From IMG/VR virus record IMGVR_UViG_3300027708_000023: a DNA stretch of 64,000 nt; one strand, 5' to 3'. This DNA is from a virus. The notes under the pieces are model-generated. The model did no database searches and was not told where the DNA came from. It was given only the letters and a program-made list of their open reading frames with translations. A program made the position numbers and the translations under genes. Shown one piece after another: positions 7,892 through 18,803 of this stretch. The stretch's first letter is position 1; every line of letters begins with the position of its first letter.

Positions 7892-10570
7892 CTACTTGAT
7901 CAAACTACTCAACTGAATCTTAAATAGGTCAATATTTTCCTGGCTCATCTGCTCGACCCAATCCCTACTCTGCTTTCCATAGTATGAGCGATCTTCAATG
8001 ATAGGATTCTGATTAGACTTAAGATCTACCAGATTGCCTGTTACTTGATGATTTCCCATAATGACCTTGAGCATAGGATTCTTGTCTACCTCAGTCTTAA
8101 TCTTTTCTCTAATCTCAGAGATTTTCCATGTTTTAATATCTTGAGTAGAAGTTCCACGAATAATTTTGAGATAGCTCTCTACCTCATCTTCTTGACCACT
8201 ATACAAGTAGCCAGAAATCATTCTTGTCAAGGTATTATAAGCCAAGTTAGCATTACGAATCTCTTTACCGTCAACATCTTCGATCCCAGCCTCTTTCATA
8301 AGTTTAGAGATATGGGAAAGATATTCTGTTTGACTGAACCGAGCAATATTAAAAGGACTAAGATGAACAGTATTAGCAAAGAACTCTGTGAGGATAGTTT
8401 TATTCAAGCAATCTACAAGAGTCTTGTTATTAATAAACTTGTCATAATCTAGACCAAAAATATTCAGAATATGAAACATAAACTGCTTATCTGTTGTTCC
8501 GTGCTGATAATATCTGTATCCACCACCACTCTTCTCTTCTGTTGCATAATCCTTCTTGCAATATTCAACAAGCTTGTTGATAGAGCCAAGATTCTTAAAG
8601 TGCTTTTGTGTTACAATTTTGAGTTGACGCTTCAAAAAATCATTGAAGCTAACAAGATTATAGCCATCCTTCTCAAGCTTTTTAATGAAAGCTGTTTTGA
8701 TAGCATAAATCTTACTATTACCAACCAAGTCCTTGACTATGCTCTTCAAAGTATCTTCTTGGAGAGTTTTAGTAATGCTACCGATCTCTGGACAACCAGA
8801 CTCAGACTCAGTTCCATATCTCAGCATGGGAACATAAACAATCTCATCTTGTTCCAGAAAATTCTCTAGCTGTTCTTCTGAAAGAATTCTCAGATGCGTA
8901 GCATCATTGTAAGGATTTGTAATCTGCTTACTGTCCTTGTCATAACCGTGAATAAAGAATACATCTTGGTCACTAACACTACCATTAGAATTTCTATTAT
9001 AAGACTTTCTTGGGCCAGAACTTTGTGTCAGATGCTTATAGTCTGAAACCTTGAGCAGATTTTCAGCCCCTACATCTTCGATCAGTTGATCAAAACCCTC
9101 ATTGCTTTTTGTATGATCCTTAGTGTCGATCATCAGATAAGCAAAGCAATCGTTCGCATTACAAAACCTTGTAAGAATCTTCTTGGCAGTTTCTTCACCC
9201 TTAACATCACACACAAAGAAACTCATCTTACCCTTCTTCTTCTGGTTATTCCAATAATAGGAACCCTTACCAGTAAGAGTTTCATGATGGATTCTGTCTG
9301 TCAGAGCAACTTGGCGGCGAGAACGATAGCCAGCAGTCTTATAATTAAAAACGTACAGACTCTTGCCAGCCGGAATTTTATATTCCAGATCGTTGCCAGA
9401 GTTGATGGGATGATCTTTACCCTTGGGATCAGTCCAAGTAGCACCAACACCCCAGCCGCCAGCCAATTCATTCATAGTATAGTATGAAGTAATTGCCTCT
9501 ACCTTATTCTGGGCAGACTTAATTTTCTTGGAGAATTCTTCCTTCATCTCCATATAGATTTCTTGAGTCTTTTTACGCAGAGTCTTGATAACATCCTTGG
9601 TATACTGCAAACCTTCACGGGAAACGTCCATTTCCAATTGTCCGATACCAAAATCAAGCTCAAGATACAGACCGGAGTTAAGAATCTCTCCCACAAAGCT
9701 CTTCCAAGAATCAATATCTGCTTTCTGAAAAGCCCTATTCCACTTCTGAATATGATCGGGCATCTCATCCTTCTCTTGCCCAACAATCTGTGCGGTCTGA
9801 ACAGGGTACGCAATATTACCCATGATAGCTACGATACCACTATCAATTCGATGATAACCATTAGGGAAATAACTATTATCATTATTGAGCCTGCAAACCC
9901 TCCAACCTTCACCACTAATGATGATATTGGTGTTGCTATACTTATGATCTTGAAGATTATTTCCGATACCACCTTCAATAATGGGTTTCATGCGAAAATA
10001 GTGGAAGATTCTCTTAGCCTTGTCGGTAAACTCTTGAAAGTCATGCTGCTTAACAGCGAAACTAATCTCAAGACCATTAGGCTCAGACGTATCTGAAGTA
10101 TTGAAAAGATTCAGAGTAGGAACACCACTCTCATCAATCGCAGCAATATAGGTATACTTCTTACCATTATAGTATGATGCAGTAGTAAAACTCTTTGTAT
10201 AGGCAAATGGACTCTTAGACCCTAGACCAAGACAACCAACAAAATCATTACTATCGTTCTTGTTAGATGCACCATAAGTTGTATACAAGTCCTCCATATC
10301 GGCCTGACTAAGACCAGTACCATAATCTCTCACCACAAAAGTGGGATTAGCAGCAGTGGGCAAAGTCACCTTAAAGGGGTTCTTATTCCCGGCAGAGATA
10401 TGACTATCATAAGCATTAGTAGAAAGCTCACGAATCGCAGCCATAACCTTATCAGAGTAAAGAGAGTCTGAAAGGATTTTAAACATTTTGCTCGTCTGAG
10501 CAATGTTAAACTGATTCCTGCTTGTAACACCAACACTATGCGTCTCAATCGTCCTATCTGCCAACTTCAT
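7892..10570 (-). CDS. rIIA: rIIA-like protein (N-terminal GHKL/HATPase domain)
   Basis: LYSDK..AAIRELSTNAYDSH, RDYGTGLS, YGASNK, GCLGLGSKSPFAY, DVSREGL. Confidence 0.88.
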   Translation of the reverse strand: MKLADRTIETHSVGVTSRNQFNIAQTSKMFKILSDSLYSDKVMAAIRELSTNAYDSHISAGNKNPFKVTLPTAANPTFVVRDYGTGLSQADMEDLYTTYGASNKNDSNDFVGCLGLGSKSPFAYTKSFTTASYYNGKKYTYIAAIDESGVPTLNLFNTSDTSEPNGLEISFAVKQHDFQEFTDKAKRIFHYFRMKPIIEGGIGNNLQDHKYSNTNIIISGEGWRVCRLNNDNSYFPNGYHRIDSGIVAIMGNIAYPVQTAQIVGQEKDEMPDHIQKWNRAFQKADIDSWKSFVGEILNSGLYLELDFGIGQLEMDVSREGLQYTKDVIKTLRKKTQEIYMEMKEEFSKKIKSAQNKVEAITSYYTMNELAGGWGVGATWTDPKGKDHPINSGNDLEYKIPAGKSLYVFNYKTAGYRSRRQVALTDRIHHETLTGKGSYYWNNQKKKGKMSFFVCDVKGEETAKKILTRFCNANDCFAYLMIDTKDHTKSNEGFDQLIEDVGAENLLKVSDYKHLTQSSGPRKSYNRNSNGSVSDQDVFFIHGYDKDSKQITNPYNDATHLRILSEEQLENFLEQDEIVYVPMLRYGTESESGCPEIGSITKTLQEDTLKSIVKDLVGNSKIYAIKTAFIKKLEKDGYNLVSFNDFLKRQLKIVTQKHFKNLGSINKLVEYCKKDYATEEKSGGGYRYYQHGTTDKQFMFHILNIFGLDYDKFINNKTLVDCLNKTILTEFFANTVHLSPFNIARFSQTEYLSHISKLMKEAGIEDVDGKEIRNANLAYNTLTRMISGYLYSGQEDEVESYLKIIRGTSTQDIKTWKISEIREKIKTEVDKNPMLKVIMGNHQVTGNLVDLKSNQNPIIEDRSYYGKQSRDWVEQMSQENIDLFKIQLSSLIK

Positions 10571-10635
10571 CTTATTTCTCCAAAAGTGTTATCGTTCCTG
10601 TGATGGCCCAAGTATATCATCGGCAAACCGTCTTG

Positions 10636-10887
10636 TCAAGCTCCAGTTTTCTTTTCTTGTCTGTCGGCTATTATTTTAAAGCCTATAGCTATGTCTATCA
10701 GACCCAAAACTTTTAAAAAGACCACAGGCAACGTGAATGTCATTCCTCCAACAAATATGCAGAGAAGTCCCATAATCCAGACAACAAGCTTTGGCATCCA
10801 AGAGAATAATGATAAGAGGTAACTTAATGGCCCGATAATTAGCACAGATAAAAAAATAATTGTTACTAGTAGAGCTAAACTAGCCAT
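10636..10887 (-). CDS. Small multi-pass membrane protein
   Basis: About three hydrophobic segments in 83 aa. Confidence 0.6.
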   Translation of the reverse strand: MASLALLVTIIFLSVLIIGPLSYLLSLFSWMPKLVVWIMGLLCIFVGGMTFTLPVVFLKVLGLIDIAIGFKIIADRQEKKTGA

Positions 10888-11211
10888 TAGTATTGATCTT
10901 CTTCATTATCTTCTGGCTCATAATCTTCCTTTTGGTCATAAGGAGTCCAATCTTCATTCTCTTCTTCGTCGTCAATATCTGAGTCATCCATATCATCCAT
11001 ATCAGAAATTAGAATAGTGAATGTATTTAAAAGATCTATAGCTTGTTCGATTTTATTTTCTAAGACCTTCATCTTATTTTCGATATTTTTAATACCCTTT
11101 TTTACTTCAAGAATATCTTTAGTTAAATGGGTATCCATATTATGAATTTCCTTATTGCTTTTCATTACCTCTCTGATTACATCATCAATATTTTTAGACA
11201 TTTTGGCCTCT

Positions 11212-11577
11212 TTATTTTAGGCGTTTGTATTCTTTAATATCACCATTCTCAAGCATCTTCTTATCTTCATAACCTTCTGCCACTCGACGATAATATTCTT
11301 GCTTGATATTTTCTAATACACCAGTAATCACAGCAATCTTAGGGTATGAAACATCCCCCATAACACCCCCTAAAATACGACTAAAAGCATAATTAATGTC
11401 TCCACAAATATCAAGTAATTCTTGATTCGATATTCCTCTATTCTGAGGATTAGACCAAGGATTTTTAATATTGTCATTTGGAACATTGTTTTTCAGACAA
11501 TTTACCATAACATCTATACAATCATCCAAACCTTTTCTATGATCTTCTTTAATATATGGCATTTTAAATTCCTTCAC
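11212..11577 (-). CDS. Conserved phage hypothetical protein
   Basis: MPYIK...GDINYAFSRI...GVLENIKQEYYRR..YEDKK..NGD pattern common in phage ORFs. Confidence 0.65.
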   Translation of the reverse strand: MKEFKMPYIKEDHRKGLDDCIDVMVNCLKNNVPNDNIKNPWSNPQNRGISNQELLDICGDINYAFSRILGGVMGDVSYPKIAVITGVLENIKQEYYRRVAEGYEDKKMLENGDIKEYKRLK

Positions 11578-12088
11578 ACTTACATTTATATCTTAAACAA
11601 TATGAACACTTTGGGCCAGGATCAGAGTTCCCAAAATAATTAGCATAACCATCCCAAGTCTCCTTGCCCGTATCAATACAAACCAATTTCTTTTTTCCTT
11701 CTCTTATAATATAGCCAATATTTAACGAATGGCAGTCCCAAAATTTTAACTTTGTTTTATCGTAAATAGCATCGACCAGCCTTTGTATTTTCCATGATTG
11801 TATATTTACATTAGTGGATTTAGCCAATTCAGTAATATATCCCCACCCACTTATTTGATTAGTAAAAAGTGGCTCGTAACCCATCTTGCATAATTCAGAA
11901 CATACTTTGGGAGCAAGATCATGCTTGCTTAACTTAATCTGAATTTTTCTGGCATATTCTGCCCTAGACTTGGAGATAAATTCTTTAAAGCCTAAAAACG
12001 GTTGGTTAGATATTTTGTATAGAGTACAATAACCACCATCTTCATGATAGTAGTCTGATAGATCAATCTTATATTTAGAATTTACCAT
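11564..12088 (-). CDS. Minimal protein-kinase-like fold protein
   Basis: G-rich EDGGYC, GFKEF, LAPKV, YITELA, catalytic-loop DCHSLNI, DFG-like IDTG. Confidence 0.55.
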   Translation of the reverse strand: MVNSKYKIDLSDYYHEDGGYCTLYKISNQPFLGFKEFISKSRAEYARKIQIKLSKHDLAPKVCSELCKMGYEPLFTNQISGWGYITELAKSTNVNIQSWKIQRLVDAIYDKTKLKFWDCHSLNIGYIIREGKKKLVCIDTGKETWDGYANYFGNSDPGPKCSYCLRYKCKCEGI

Positions 12089-13341
12089 ATCAATAAGAGA
12101 TAATGTCTGGAATTTCGCCAGTAAGATTGTAGAGAAATTCTTTGGCCTTGTCTAGAGTATAAAATTCACCAAGAAAAATAGACTTGTATTCAGCATCGTG
12201 GGAGTATCTTTCTCCATAGATTTGATAATAAGGCTCATCAAGACCTTCTTCTTCTGAATCTAGAAAGTGTTCAGCACTCCTAATCTCATCTATATAAGAC
12301 CCACCCTCATAGTCGCTGAACTCTCGCACAGTAACCAATAAGAAATATTCTATGGGTGATTTAGGATTATTATTCTTAACCCTACCATTACACAAACTAT
12401 TGCTCATGATTTTTCCTATTAAGACTCAAGGGAATTTTTTAAAGCTTGCATCTGTTGAGATATTTTTAGATACTCATTAGTTTGCTGAACAGCAAATTCA
12501 TTAGCTCTATAAACTTCTGCTGCCCATTCTTTATTCTTATCTCTTAGTTTTTTAAGTTCGTCTTTGGCATTTTGAACAAAGAAAAGATCAGCACCAGCAC
12601 TCCATGCAAAATCAATAATAGCTTCAAGAGGATCAGAATTTTTATTCATATTTATATCCTACGATTTTTAAGTTGTTCTATTTCTCTTTCCAACTTAGCT
12701 ACTCTTTCGTATATATCATAGTTAGCTAATCGTGGCAAATCTTTTGCTGGAGTTTTGCCGTCTCCAATTCTGGTATCCCATAATTTAGCAACACAATCAT
12801 ACTCGTATAAAAATAACTCACCAAGCTTGGGAATAAGATCACAATCCTTCTTGGCTTTCGGCAGACTAAAAGATCCATTCATTTTAATACAGTAATTTCT
12901 GCTCCCTTGAATTCAGGCTTATAATAACCAGTCATACTATCTTTCTGATAAGTTTCTTCAACGATAAATTTAATATCACAGTCTGGAGCTTCAACACCAA
13001 CTTCTGTAAGATATCTCTCAATAGCTTCTCTAATATCGTCAGGAGTTAAAGTAATATGTTTTCTATCGTGAATTTTCATAATTAAAAGTCATCCCCCATT
13101 CGATATTCATCAAACTTTTCTTTACACTCTTCATTAGCGTCATAATATCCAATATCATAACCTTGTTCGTGGCCCATAGCATACGCCGCCATCATCCATT
13201 TGATTATATCGTCAGTTTTACCTTTTGCAACACAATTTCTTATATCGCTTATAGCTCTTTCATGTCTAAGGCTATATCCTTCAACTTCATTTATCCAGTG
13301 GTCGAATGTCATAAGAGTAAACTCATTTTAAAAAGATGAAG

Positions 13342-13414
13342 TAGGAGTGGTGAGAATCGAACTCACACTGGATGGATTTTAAGTCCATTGTCTCTGCCGT
13401 TGGACTACACTCCC
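13342..13414 (-). tRNA. trnL: tRNA-Leu(UAA), short variable loop
   Basis: GGGAGTG...ATGGA-CTTAAAA-TCCAT-CCAGT-GTGAG-TTCGATT-CTCAC-CACTCCT-A; no encoded CCA. Confidence 0.85.
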
Positions 13415-13521
13415 ATATACTTCCAAGCTACATATCATAACAATTAGTTAGATGTTTGTCTATATTGTCTCTAATAATGTTTATGAGGGATGTAGTTGGA
13501 AGCATTTGGTTTACACTAAAC

Positions 13522-13806
13522 TCAACCGTTAGAGTGAGCAGCCTTTAGACGGCGAACTGTCTCAGCCATAGCCTCGACATTATCCACGGTCTTTGTGGGC
13601 TTTGCTCGCTCCATCGCGGGCAGTTCCTCACCCTTCTTAGCCAGAGATGCCTTGGTACGGGCATAACGAGCCATCGTACTAGCAATCTTCTGACCCGTCT
13701 TTGACGCAATTTCAGCATAAGTCTTGCTGGAAAAAACTGCCTCAAGGAACTGGTCATCACTGCAACGAATACGACTCTGCTTCTCTGTAGTAGTAACTTC
13801 AGCCAT
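13522..13806 (-). CDS. Small basic protein, possibly HTH DNA-binding
   Basis: KTYAEIASKTGQKIASTMARY; own promoter upstream. Confidence 0.45.
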   Translation of the reverse strand: MAEVTTTEKQSRIRCSDDQFLEAVFSSKTYAEIASKTGQKIASTMARYARTKASLAKKGEELPAMERAKPTKTVDNVEAMAETVRRLKAAHSNG

Positions 13807-13866
13807 AATAAAATCCTCCAAATTATTAACCAATCTTACAAGCAAGGCTCAGTCGCATGACTGATC

Positions 13867-14484
13867 TTACCTCGCGTTGTTCCTTCGATTATACAGCATT
13901 GTATCGTCAATGTCAATGGGCGACCTTGAAATTTTTTTCGTTCTCGCCAGAAATTGTTGTTGAACGTCTTTAAAACTCCAAGGAGTACCAAACTGTACCC
14001 CATCTCTTTTATTATCCACGCCTACATCAAGCGTGAGGCTTCCAGAAGCAACGTCCTCACGATGCAGTCTGCCATGAACATGACCATAAAGCATCCAGCT
14101 TTTCCTATAGCTACCAGACCAACTTCTCATAGGATAATGACACATGAATATTTTTTGATTAATATACAGAATCATTTTTTGGTCAGAAACACTAGAGAAT
14201 CCACTAGTGAATCTAGTTGGTTCATCATGATTACCAAGAATAATATGAACATTCTCACAAACTATTCTTTCTCTATAAGATAGAGCAGTTCCACCCTTAT
14301 GGCAGAAATCTCCTATAATATAAAGAATATCGTTTTGTCCAACAGTTTCGTTTATAGAAGAAATAATTTTAGCATCCATTTCTCCACCATCAGAGAATGG
14401 ACGATTACAATATCCTATGATATTCCGATGTCCAAGATGAAGATCAGCAGTAAAAAATACTTTCTGACCGACTATCTTATCCAT
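13867..14484 (-). CDS. Calcineurin-like metallophosphoesterase
   Basis: DLHLGH, GDF, GNHD, HYP, GHVH. Confidence 0.9.
   Translation of the reverse strand: MDKIVGQKVFFTADLHLGHRNIIGYCNRPFSDGGEMDAKIISSINETVGQNDILYIIGDFCHKGGTALSYRERIVCENVHIILGNHDEPTRFTSGFSSVSDQKMILYINQKIFMCHYPMRSWSGSYRKSWMLYGHVHGRLHREDVASGSLTLDVGVDNKRDGVQFGTPWSFKDVQQQFLARTKKISRSPIDIDDTMLYNRRNNAR
13888..13916 (-). promoter_or_regulatory. Consensus sigma70-type promoter with CGATA spacer motif
   Basis: TTGACA-17 bp (containing CGATA)-TATAAT on the minus strand. Confidence 0.8.
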
Positions 14485-14488
14485 TGTA

Positions 14489-14674
14489 TTAATCCTCTGT
14501 TGGAAGAACCAGTGCCATTATTAAATATACCCAGAAAAGAATACTGCCAGTGAAAATTGCACCAGCAACAAATCCTAGTCTTATTACAGAAACATCTACT
14601 CCTATGCTCTCCGATATTCCCCCACAAACACCCAAGAAAACTCTGTTCTTATTACTCTTGTGAAGTTGGCTCAT
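14489..14674 (-). CDS. PspC-domain membrane protein
   Basis: LHKSNKNRVFLGVCGGI...IRL...YLIMALVLP, the PspC signature. Confidence 0.85.
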   Translation of the reverse strand: MSQLHKSNKNRVFLGVCGGISESIGVDVSVIRLGFVAGAIFTGSILFWVYLIMALVLPTED

Positions 14675-15711
14675 AAGTAGACCCCTTAGTTATTTGTTGA
14701 ATCTGATAGTCTGAATATCCAGACATTAACATTGCTTGGTGGTAGCCGATAATTGGAATTAGTTCGTGTATCATGATTTTTCCTTTGGTGAGTATAGAGT
14801 AACCTTAATTATTATATACCCGTCCTGCTCACTGTCAATATTTTGTATTGAGGATATTCTTCCCTTACCCAAGAAAGAGTCGCCAACTAATAAGAATGGC
14901 CCACCATCTAGATTAGCAGAAGTTATTACTGATATGTCTGATTGACAACCAAATCTAGCCCAATCGCTTTCTCCCTCAATTAAATATTCGTATTCGCCAA
15001 CTTGTGTTATTATTCTTTTATTTTTGTCTTTAGATCGTAAGCACTGGCTCATTAAAAGCCTCACTGTCGAGAATATAACCTTGATTATTTTCTGACGCTA
15101 GGTTAGCAAGAGCGTCTTTTAGTCTTTGATTTTCTGATTCAAGCGTGTTCATTATTCTTTCAGCTTGATTTAAAGCTTTCTGAAGAGATTTAACTCTGTT
15201 TGCTAATTGATCGTTCATATATTCTGCTGCTGTTCTGACAACCATGATTAGCCTCCTTAATATAAGAGCTTGACAACCCTATATTATACACCCTATAAGC
15301 TAAGTTCATTTAAGAATTCTTGTAAATCTTTGAGTTGTTTTTTGTCTAGCACCATCTGATCAGCATAAGGTTTTTTGTATACTAAAACTTGAAAACAGTA
15401 TCGTAGTCTCTGCCATAATGACATCTTATTACTGTAGTTTGTATAATTCTCAAATATAGCCAAATCAGCAATATTCCACTCATGATCATATTCGATAACT
15501 AAAATCTCACTCTTACAGGAACACGGAATGAACAGTGTTTTATTTTCTTTTAGATTTGTTACGCTTCCCATTTTTTCCCTTTCTAAAAATTCTTTCGTAA
15601 TTTTTTCCCCAAGTTTTTTGATCTATACTTTTTGGTCTAGACCTAGAGCCTTTGCCATTTTGATTCATAATATGTTATTAATTTGAGAGCCTTATAAATT
15701 GAAATAATTTC

Positions 15712-16251
15712 TCAAGCATCCCTAACTTTATATATAACCTTGTTGACAAATTCAACCGGCCTATTCTTGGAAAGAGCTTCATAGAAAAAAAAGTCGCCAC
15801 CATGAATAGGGGGCCATTCGGGCAGATCCCTGTTCTTATAAACTCCACAAGGAGTTCCTATGTTGCCTAAAGCCAAGGTATTATTTCTTGGCAATTCTCC
15901 CGCCCCCGGCATAAGCATCTGAAAGACATACAGTTTGTCCTCAATGCAATGATCTCTAACTGTTTTCATGGCATCAAAAACATAAATATCATCGTCGTCA
16001 GCGTTCATCATAAAATCTCCAGGTAGATGACTCTGCCATTTTGTTCTGGAGCCATGCCCCCAACTACCTAAAGTTTCACTGTTTTCGATAATAATCGTAG
16101 TAGCGTTTGTCTTCAGATTCAATTCTGCTGGTCTCGTATCAAATATGATCGTTAAATAGTCTTCTTTATTAAGTTGTGGGGTTATGCTATCTAACATTCT
16201 ATTTAAAGTTGATCTTCCTGTTGTAGTCAAAACCACGTTGAAAGAATTCAT
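15712..16251 (-). CDS. Glycosyltransferase family 2-like protein
   Basis: N-terminal TTGR..L, DFMMNADDDD (DxD), GGDFFF. Confidence 0.7.
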   Translation of the reverse strand: MNSFNVVLTTTGRSTLNRMLDSITPQLNKEDYLTIIFDTRPAELNLKTNATTIIIENSETLGSWGHGSRTKWQSHLPGDFMMNADDDDIYVFDAMKTVRDHCIEDKLYVFQMLMPGAGELPRNNTLALGNIGTPCGVYKNRDLPEWPPIHGGDFFFYEALSKNRPVEFVNKVIYKVRDA

Positions 16252-16280
16252 AATTACCCCTTTTTGCTTTTGGTATTTTA

Positions 16281-17000
16281 TTAAGACGCACTTTTAGAAA
16301 AAGAATCTTCAAGAACATAAGACCAGTATCTAGAATCTTCTTTCTTTTGAAGATTATCCCAATAGATCGACCTTGCTACATAAGATGGGACTTTCAACTT
16401 ACCGCAGTTAACCATCCAATGACGCTCCATCTTCTTATAAATCTGTGACCCGACCTTGCTCTTATTATATTTAAGAGCCTCAACATCGTAAAGCCGAAGC
16501 TGATGAATGTCCCCACACAATACTCTTGCCTCATTAGGATGAATCATCTCCAGAGCAAAGCTAATCTTAGCCAGACCAATTCCGCTAATCTTATTTAGGA
16601 TACTGTCGCGTTTCTTAACGTGATACTTCTTGGTTGTAAGATAAAAATCTTTAGGATTAGCCCAAAACTTGGTGCTAAAATCCCAGATATAAGTAGTGCG
16701 ATTATTATGTAGACCAACACCGCTCTTGTGTAGTTTTTCCAAAAGAACTTCCTTACTGTCCACCCATTCACTAAAATTTTTGATAGCATTATATCCCTTG
16801 ACATTTCCCTGCCAAGTTGTGTGGACACTGCAATATGCAAAGAGATAGCGACGAAAAATATCTTCATCAGTCTTGGGGCGAACAGTTTCCCAATAGTCCC
16901 TATAAGCAACTACCTTGTCCTTGGGAAAATTCTTAAAAAACTCATCAGCCTTGCTCGTACTCATCACGACCGGTTTTTTCTCAACAACAATCTCTGTCAT
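16281..17000 (-). CDS. HhH-superfamily DNA N-glycosylase (8-oxoguanine glycosylase-like)
   Basis: ISGIGLAKISFAL helix-hairpin-helix and LCGDIHQLR; start moved to 17000 because an SD (GAGG) precedes it and a promoter occupies 17038..17066. Confidence 0.7.
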   Translation of the reverse strand: MTEIVVEKKPVVMSTSKADEFFKNFPKDKVVAYRDYWETVRPKTDEDIFRRYLFAYCSVHTTWQGNVKGYNAIKNFSEWVDSKEVLLEKLHKSGVGLHNNRTTYIWDFSTKFWANPKDFYLTTKKYHVKKRDSILNKISGIGLAKISFALEMIHPNEARVLCGDIHQLRLYDVEALKYNKSKVGSQIYKKMERHWMVNCGKLKVPSYVARSIYWDNLQKKEDSRYWSYVLEDSFSKSAS

Positions 17001-17077
17001 GTTATCCTCAAAAGTTGGTTCCAAAGTGTATGCTGCCATTCTACACTAAGCGTATCGTCTTGTCAAGTAGTCAGTCT

Positions 17078-17767
17078 TTAGTCCGTTTTGTAGGTTATTG
17101 ACTGTAAGATTTTATTATTTTGAAACTTGACATAAGCATCCTCTATTTCCCTATCAAAAATATAGTCCTGTTCTTTTGGTCTTGACCGAACATAAGGAAC
17201 CCAATAAGGATGATAAACAAACTCATTATGGTCATCATATGGAAATAAATTTTCTATGATATTTTCTAAACCAATTTTACTCAATAATTGTACAGTATTT
17301 TGTATTTGCAAAGTTTCTTGAGATAAGATCATAAACTTATTATTTTTTATGACATCTATGGCTTTTAAGCAATTATTCTCTATTTCTAGAAAGCTATTTT
17401 TTTCTAGTTTTAGAAAATCTTTGTATTCCATTTGTGATTCTATTGCCTTATATTTAATTCTGTGTTTATATAGACTATAAAAAACATCATTAAATGGTCT
17501 ATACAATAATAAAAATAATGTTTTTGTAGATATTTGATCTATATGCTGAATCCATTTCTCAAAAATATCGTCTTTGTGATACGAAAATAACATATCGGGA
17601 TTTTTACCAAAAGAATAATCAAATTTTTGTATGTCTACTATATTATGATGAAATTCATCAGAAGTGTCTCTTATGACACTGTAAGCGGATTGCTTTAAAA
17701 AAAATTTAGATAAATATGTGGTTCCAGATTTTGGTAAACCCAAAACAATAAGTGAGTTATATGCCAT
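17078..17767 (-). CDS. Sulfotransferase-like protein
   Basis: 5'-PSB loop GLPKSGTTYL; 3'-PB-like YRPFNDVFYS. Confidence 0.7.
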   Translation of the reverse strand: MAYNSLIVLGLPKSGTTYLSKFFLKQSAYSVIRDTSDEFHHNIVDIQKFDYSFGKNPDMLFSYHKDDIFEKWIQHIDQISTKTLFLLLYRPFNDVFYSLYKHRIKYKAIESQMEYKDFLKLEKNSFLEIENNCLKAIDVIKNNKFMILSQETLQIQNTVQLLSKIGLENIIENLFPYDDHNEFVYHPYWVPYVRSRPKEQDYIFDREIEDAYVKFQNNKILQSITYKTD

Positions 17768-18602
17768 TGTGTAAATAATAAATATTAAGATCAGGATTTA
17801 GGTCATTCTGAAAATTTGAGTAATTCTCAATAAGATTATCAAACGAAGAATAATCAATCTGTTTTTTAAAATCGTTACTATAATTCAATTCCAGATCATT
17901 GAGATTCGTTTCTCTGAATTTTTTTTGTAAGAATTCTATTTTGTCTTCATGGTTTTGATGAGAATGAATATCTTCATATCTGAGAATAGTTCTGTTTTTA
18001 TTTGAGCTAACTTTTAGCCATAAATTAATATTCTCAACAATTCTTCTATAAAAAACGTCGTATTCTTCTTTATTCCAAATGATGCGTAAGTCTTGAATAG
18101 ATGGGTCTACTATGTCTCTGCTTGACCAAGCCCCTGTTTTGATTGCTATTTTCCAGCTTAAAAAAGTTTCTAGGACATTAGATCTATAGTTGACAATGAT
18201 ATGGTCTGATATTTCTATTATGTCCTGTATTTTTATATGATTATTTAGATGCTCAGGAAAAACTTTAAAACAAAAATTTCTATCCTGATCATAAGCCTCT
18301 GATTGAAAGTCTTTTAGTAAGTCTATACTAAATGGCTCTTTAGCCAACATATTTTGTTTAATTTTGGCAAAAGATTTGGCATCGGTGAATAAATTTTTTG
18401 GATAGTATATCTTTTTAAAGGTTTCTATTGCAGATAGTGGAATGTTATCTTTGATTTTTAAAAGAGCCAACATATTCCAATAATATAATGCTGGATTTCT
18501 AGAAAAAATTTCAAAAACACACCAAGTTTGGTGGGTATTTAATGCTGTGCATAACCATGTACTACCAGTTCTTTCGTAAGATAAAACACAAATGGTTTTC
18601 AT
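17757..18602 (-). CDS. Sulfotransferase (Stf0-like)
   Basis: SYERTGSTWL, FKVFPEH, YRSNVLETFLSW.IA.KTG.W, LRYED. Confidence 0.78.
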   Translation of the reverse strand: MKTICVLSYERTGSTWLCTALNTHQTWCVFEIFSRNPALYYWNMLALLKIKDNIPLSAIETFKKIYYPKNLFTDAKSFAKIKQNMLAKEPFSIDLLKDFQSEAYDQDRNFCFKVFPEHLNNHIKIQDIIEISDHIIVNYRSNVLETFLSWKIAIKTGAWSSRDIVDPSIQDLRIIWNKEEYDVFYRRIVENINLWLKVSSNKNRTILRYEDIHSHQNHEDKIEFLQKKFRETNLNDLELNYSNDFKKQIDYSSFDNLIENYSNFQNDLNPDLNIYYLHNGI

Positions 18603-18803
18603 TCTATAGTTTTTTTCATGTTCTTTTTTTGCGTTTTACTTGATTCTTGAGCTTTGTCTTAGTCTCAAGTTCTTTGTTTTTTTGTTGTGCTAGGTTATCT
18701 AATGCTCCTATGCGACGGGACTCTTCAAAACCATATTCTTGGATCATTCTTCGACTTATTTTAAAATCAGCGCTTTTACTATATTTATTTGGTTGATATT
18801 TCA

